A stretch of 64,000 nt of DNA, taken from positions 2,604,001 through 2,668,000 of the forward strand of contig JAYWIR010000029.1 of the NCBI GenBank assembly GCA_036172245.1, written 5' to 3'. Below are positions 60,959 to 64,000 of the stretch, one piece after another. Within the stretch, counting starts at the first letter, position 1; the number at the start of each line of letters is the position of its first letter. The stretch comes from Raillietiella orientalis. Lineage: Eukaryota. The translations under genes and the position numbers were made by a program. The notes beneath the pieces were generated by a model. That model was not told the DNA's origin and made no database searches. It saw nothing but the letters and a program-made list of their open reading frames with translations.

Positions 60959-62918
60959 CTACTGCACGTCGGCCAAGGACCGCACCCGGACGCTTCCCAA
61001 TAGCTCCTCGCAGGAGACCTCCCTCTCCGAAAGGAACCGGACCTCCTTCCTGCGGGCCGGCAGGAGCAGGAATCCGTTGTCGGAGAACTCCCCCGGGACG
61101 TCCTTCGTATCCAGCCAGACGAAGAGGGCCGACGAAACCGGGGAAAGCAACTCGAGGCGAGGGGACATCTCCTCCTCCTCTTCCTCCTTCGCTGCTCGGC
61201 AGGTTGCCTGGAATGGACGAGAGGGAGAGTTCTGGAGGCCGGGTCTGCATGGGGGGGAGAAACCTGAACGTCCACAGGCACTAGGAGGAGCTCCTTTGGC
61301 TCCGCCAGGAGCAGGAAGTTGTCGCTGAGGACTCTCCCCCACGTGTCGAGCATCTCTGCGAACACGTAGCAACCGCGTGCCGGCTCCGGACCACACTCGG
61401 CTCGGCGCAGCAGGTCAGTCAGGTCTCCTCGCAAAACAACGAGAGACACCTGGGGAGGCTGGAAACGGCCGGTCACGCCGGCAGCGAAGCTGAGGTGGCA
61501 GCAGGAAAGGAAGAAGGAAGGCGAAAGGCACCTGCAGGAAGAGACGTCCCAGGGAGAGAGAAGGCGAGGGTTCGCCCCATTTGTAGATGCTCAGCGACAC
61601 GCGGTAGATGTGGTAGGTGCGCAGGTCGGTCGTGGATTCCACGAAGAGGTCGCCGTCGTCCACGTAGAGAGAGACCAGGCTCGGGGCGAAGAACTTGACC
61701 GCGAAGTAGTGCAGCATCTTCCAGGACCCTCCGTATTCTGGAAAGAAAGAAAACAACGCTGAGACATGGACCTCCCCTCGCTACCCCCTAGATTTCACCT
61801 ATCGAAGACCAGGAGGGAGCCTGCCACAGATCGTTGAGCTGCCAGTACAAGGCGCCCATCGTCGCCCCTTCACCAGAGTCCGTGACCTTCGAGGAGGCGC
61901 GCCGGTAGGCCTCCGTGGCCGTTTTCACAGCAACCGCCTGGTTAATCTGGGAATGCGGAGAGCTTGGAACCGGACCACAAGGAACGCCTCTGCTCAGTCC
62001 CACCCTTCCGCGCCCGAGCTGAGCTTCTCATCCGCGGCCGTGGTCTCCGGCGTAGCAGCGGCAATGGAGGGAGGCACCTCCAGGGAACCAATCGAACCGG
62101 TCGACCTTGGGTTTCTCTCGTTCTGCCCTCAGGAGTCGACAGCTCGTTCCCCTCCGAAACGCTCTGCCAGGGCAAAGGGTGGTCTCCCCCCCCCCTTCCT
62201 CCCTCTTCAAGAGAGGCAAGATACTGAGCAGCCTCTCCCTCGTGGCTCAGAGACAGGATGGATTTCTTCTTCGCGGTGTCTGCTGCTGCGTGCCGGCCAC
62301 GTGCCTGCTATGCGCACAAGAAGAGGGAGGTAGGGGGTGTGGGTTGGAACAGAAGCTGCTCCGATAGCGAGGGAAGGAGTGATGCTGCTCACCTGTGCAA
62401 GGTAGACGATGGTGTCCATGTCCGGAAAGTCCTTCGCGTTTTCCAGAAATCCGAAGTGAAGTCTGAGCTGCGCCATGATGAGGAAGGATCCCAGCAGCTG
62501 GTGCTGACGGTGTTCCATGAAGTCGCTCAGCCATCGGAGATCCTCGGGGGCAGCAGCGCCGCGGAGGGTGGGCAAGGAAGGCAGCGACTGCCACCCATAC
62601 TCAGAGACCAGGCGGCTCGGTCTGTACGTCTTCCACTCCCAGGTGTTGCCTATGTAGACGTAGAAGTGCGCTGGGGACAGCGGCCTGGAGCCTCCCCTTT
62701 CCATCCCCGGGAGGAGCGACTCACTGTCTCCGTAGAGGGGGTCGTAGGGGTTGGTCGCTAAGTACCCCTCCCTCTCGGACTGCAGGCCGTTCGAAGGACT
62801 GGACGTGAGGAACGGCCGGCTGGAGTCTTCGAGCAAGGTCTCCCGGCGGATAGTGTCCACGTAAAGCTTCCGGTAGTCGGCTTCGTACTGGGCGTGGTGC
62901 TCACCAGTGGTGTTATAC
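60959..62918 (-). CDS. MANBA: Beta-mannosidase (GH2), last six exons; 5' part lies beyond the window
   Basis: Exons: 62918-62725 ([10 protein letters not shown]...[12 protein letters not shown]...NPYDPLYGD), 62670-62393 (HFY...[13 protein letters not shown]...HRQH), 61946-61799 ([21 protein letters not shown]), 61737-61532 ([14 protein letters not shown]), 61458-61264 and 61207-60959 (ALFVWLD...[10 protein letters not shown]...SLAD). All junctions are GT-AG and in phase. AATAAA is present on the minus strand at 60887-60892 and 60750-60755. Confidence 0.95.
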
Positions 62919-63204
62919 CTGGGGAGATAACACTTCTCTTCGAGGGAAAGGGAAGCCCATTCCACTCCCCACCTCCCCCATACCTCAAGCGTCACGTTCC
63001 TTCCTTCCCAAACCCACTTTTCCCCTTTGTGCTCCCCTCCACCTAGCCTCTGCGCCCCCTCTCCCAGGCGAGAGGGCACGAACCGCTCGCCAGGAAGTTC
63101 CAGGACTTCCCGGCATCCTGCCATCTCTATCGGAGCGGGGCGATGCGCCCTCTCGAACGGGGAGGAACTCCCTGTGACGGGTGGGAAAGCGGCGTCCTCG
63201 AAGC

Positions 63205-63963
63205 CCTTCAGGATAGGGGGCACCCCGGTATAGGGGTCCGCCCTATGAACTCAGGAAAGGTCTCGGAGTCCGTTCCTCTCACGCTTGGGGAGGGATCCCC
63301 CCGGATGGAGGGGATCGCACCTTCCACCCTGGTTGCCTCCAAAGGGGAACCCTGAAGGGAATCTCCTTCCTCATTCTCTTCGGAGGGACACCCCCCTAAT
63401 GGGGAAGGCAGTCCTCTCCATTTCATCTTCTCCGAAGGGAACCCGCAAGGGAAGTGCTCCTGTTCACTCCTCTGAAGAGAACCCCGAAGGGATGCTTCCG
63501 AAACTCAGAGGGGGAGCTGCAGCTTCCCGCAGGGAATCGCTCTCGCTTGCTTCCTTGCACTCTATGAAGAGGCGACGACTCGGAGGAACCCCCGCAACAG
63601 GGGGGTCCGCTCCTTTGAACAACTGGAGAGGTGCCAGTGAAGGCTCCTGTTCCATCTTGAAACCGGAGGGGACCTCCGGTGAGGGAGGTTGCTCTCCGTT
63701 GTACGACCGGAGGGGGAACTCCCCACTCCTAGATTCCTGGAAGGACCCGAAGGTCGACTCCCATTGTTCCAGCCTTCATCAGGGGCCTCCTGGCTTAATC
63801 CACCGCCGGTGCCACGCCCGAATATCTGGGCCAACCAGCACCATCTTGCAGGAGAAACTCGGAACCCAACGACGCAGTGGCATCAGTTTCTGCCAGAGTA
63901 TTCGATCCCGCAACGCATGGTACCATGAGCGGAAGCCTTAACCACAAAGCCTCCGACGCGGGC
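63205..63963 (-). mobile_element. tRNA-headed SINE-like element, copy E (in a MANBA intron)
   Basis: 63233-63954 reads identical to 59413-60134 (offset 3820; the ORF track gives identical 218-, 90-, 79- and 63-aa translations). The flanking element sequence is diverged. Confidence 0.9.
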
Positions 63964-64000
63964 TGGGAAGGAAAGGAGAGGAGACGGAAGCGCAGCTCAA

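Overview
This is eukaryotic, animal (arthropod-like) genomic DNA: GC-rich coding exons, many ~50-75 nt GT-AG introns, and long repeat-rich intronic or intergenic stretches. Four spliced genes are readable by eye: (1) internal exons of a kinesin-3 of the KIF28P/KLP-6 type (+, 724-9792, both ends unresolved); (2) a RUN + SH3 protein, RUSC1/RUSC2-like (+, ~28197-31301); (3) a ~1318-aa single-pass LRR receptor, chaoptin-like (-, 33550-46726, 5 coding exons); (4) the last six exons of beta-mannosidase (-, 60959-62918). Non-genic content includes a ~0.6-1 kb tRNA-headed SINE-like family (at least 5 copies) whose body is an array of mini-hairpins. One copy has a poly(A) tail and a 14-bp target-site duplication (TSD), and two copies share a 722-bp identical tract. 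Also present are a histone H3 pseudogene ~0.9 kb from a decayed 28S rDNA fragment, a probable TRIM-like pseudogene, and an AT-rich block bounded by inverted repeats. I saw no CRISPR array, operon or intact transposase/reverse transcriptase. All homology calls come from motif recognition, not database searches.
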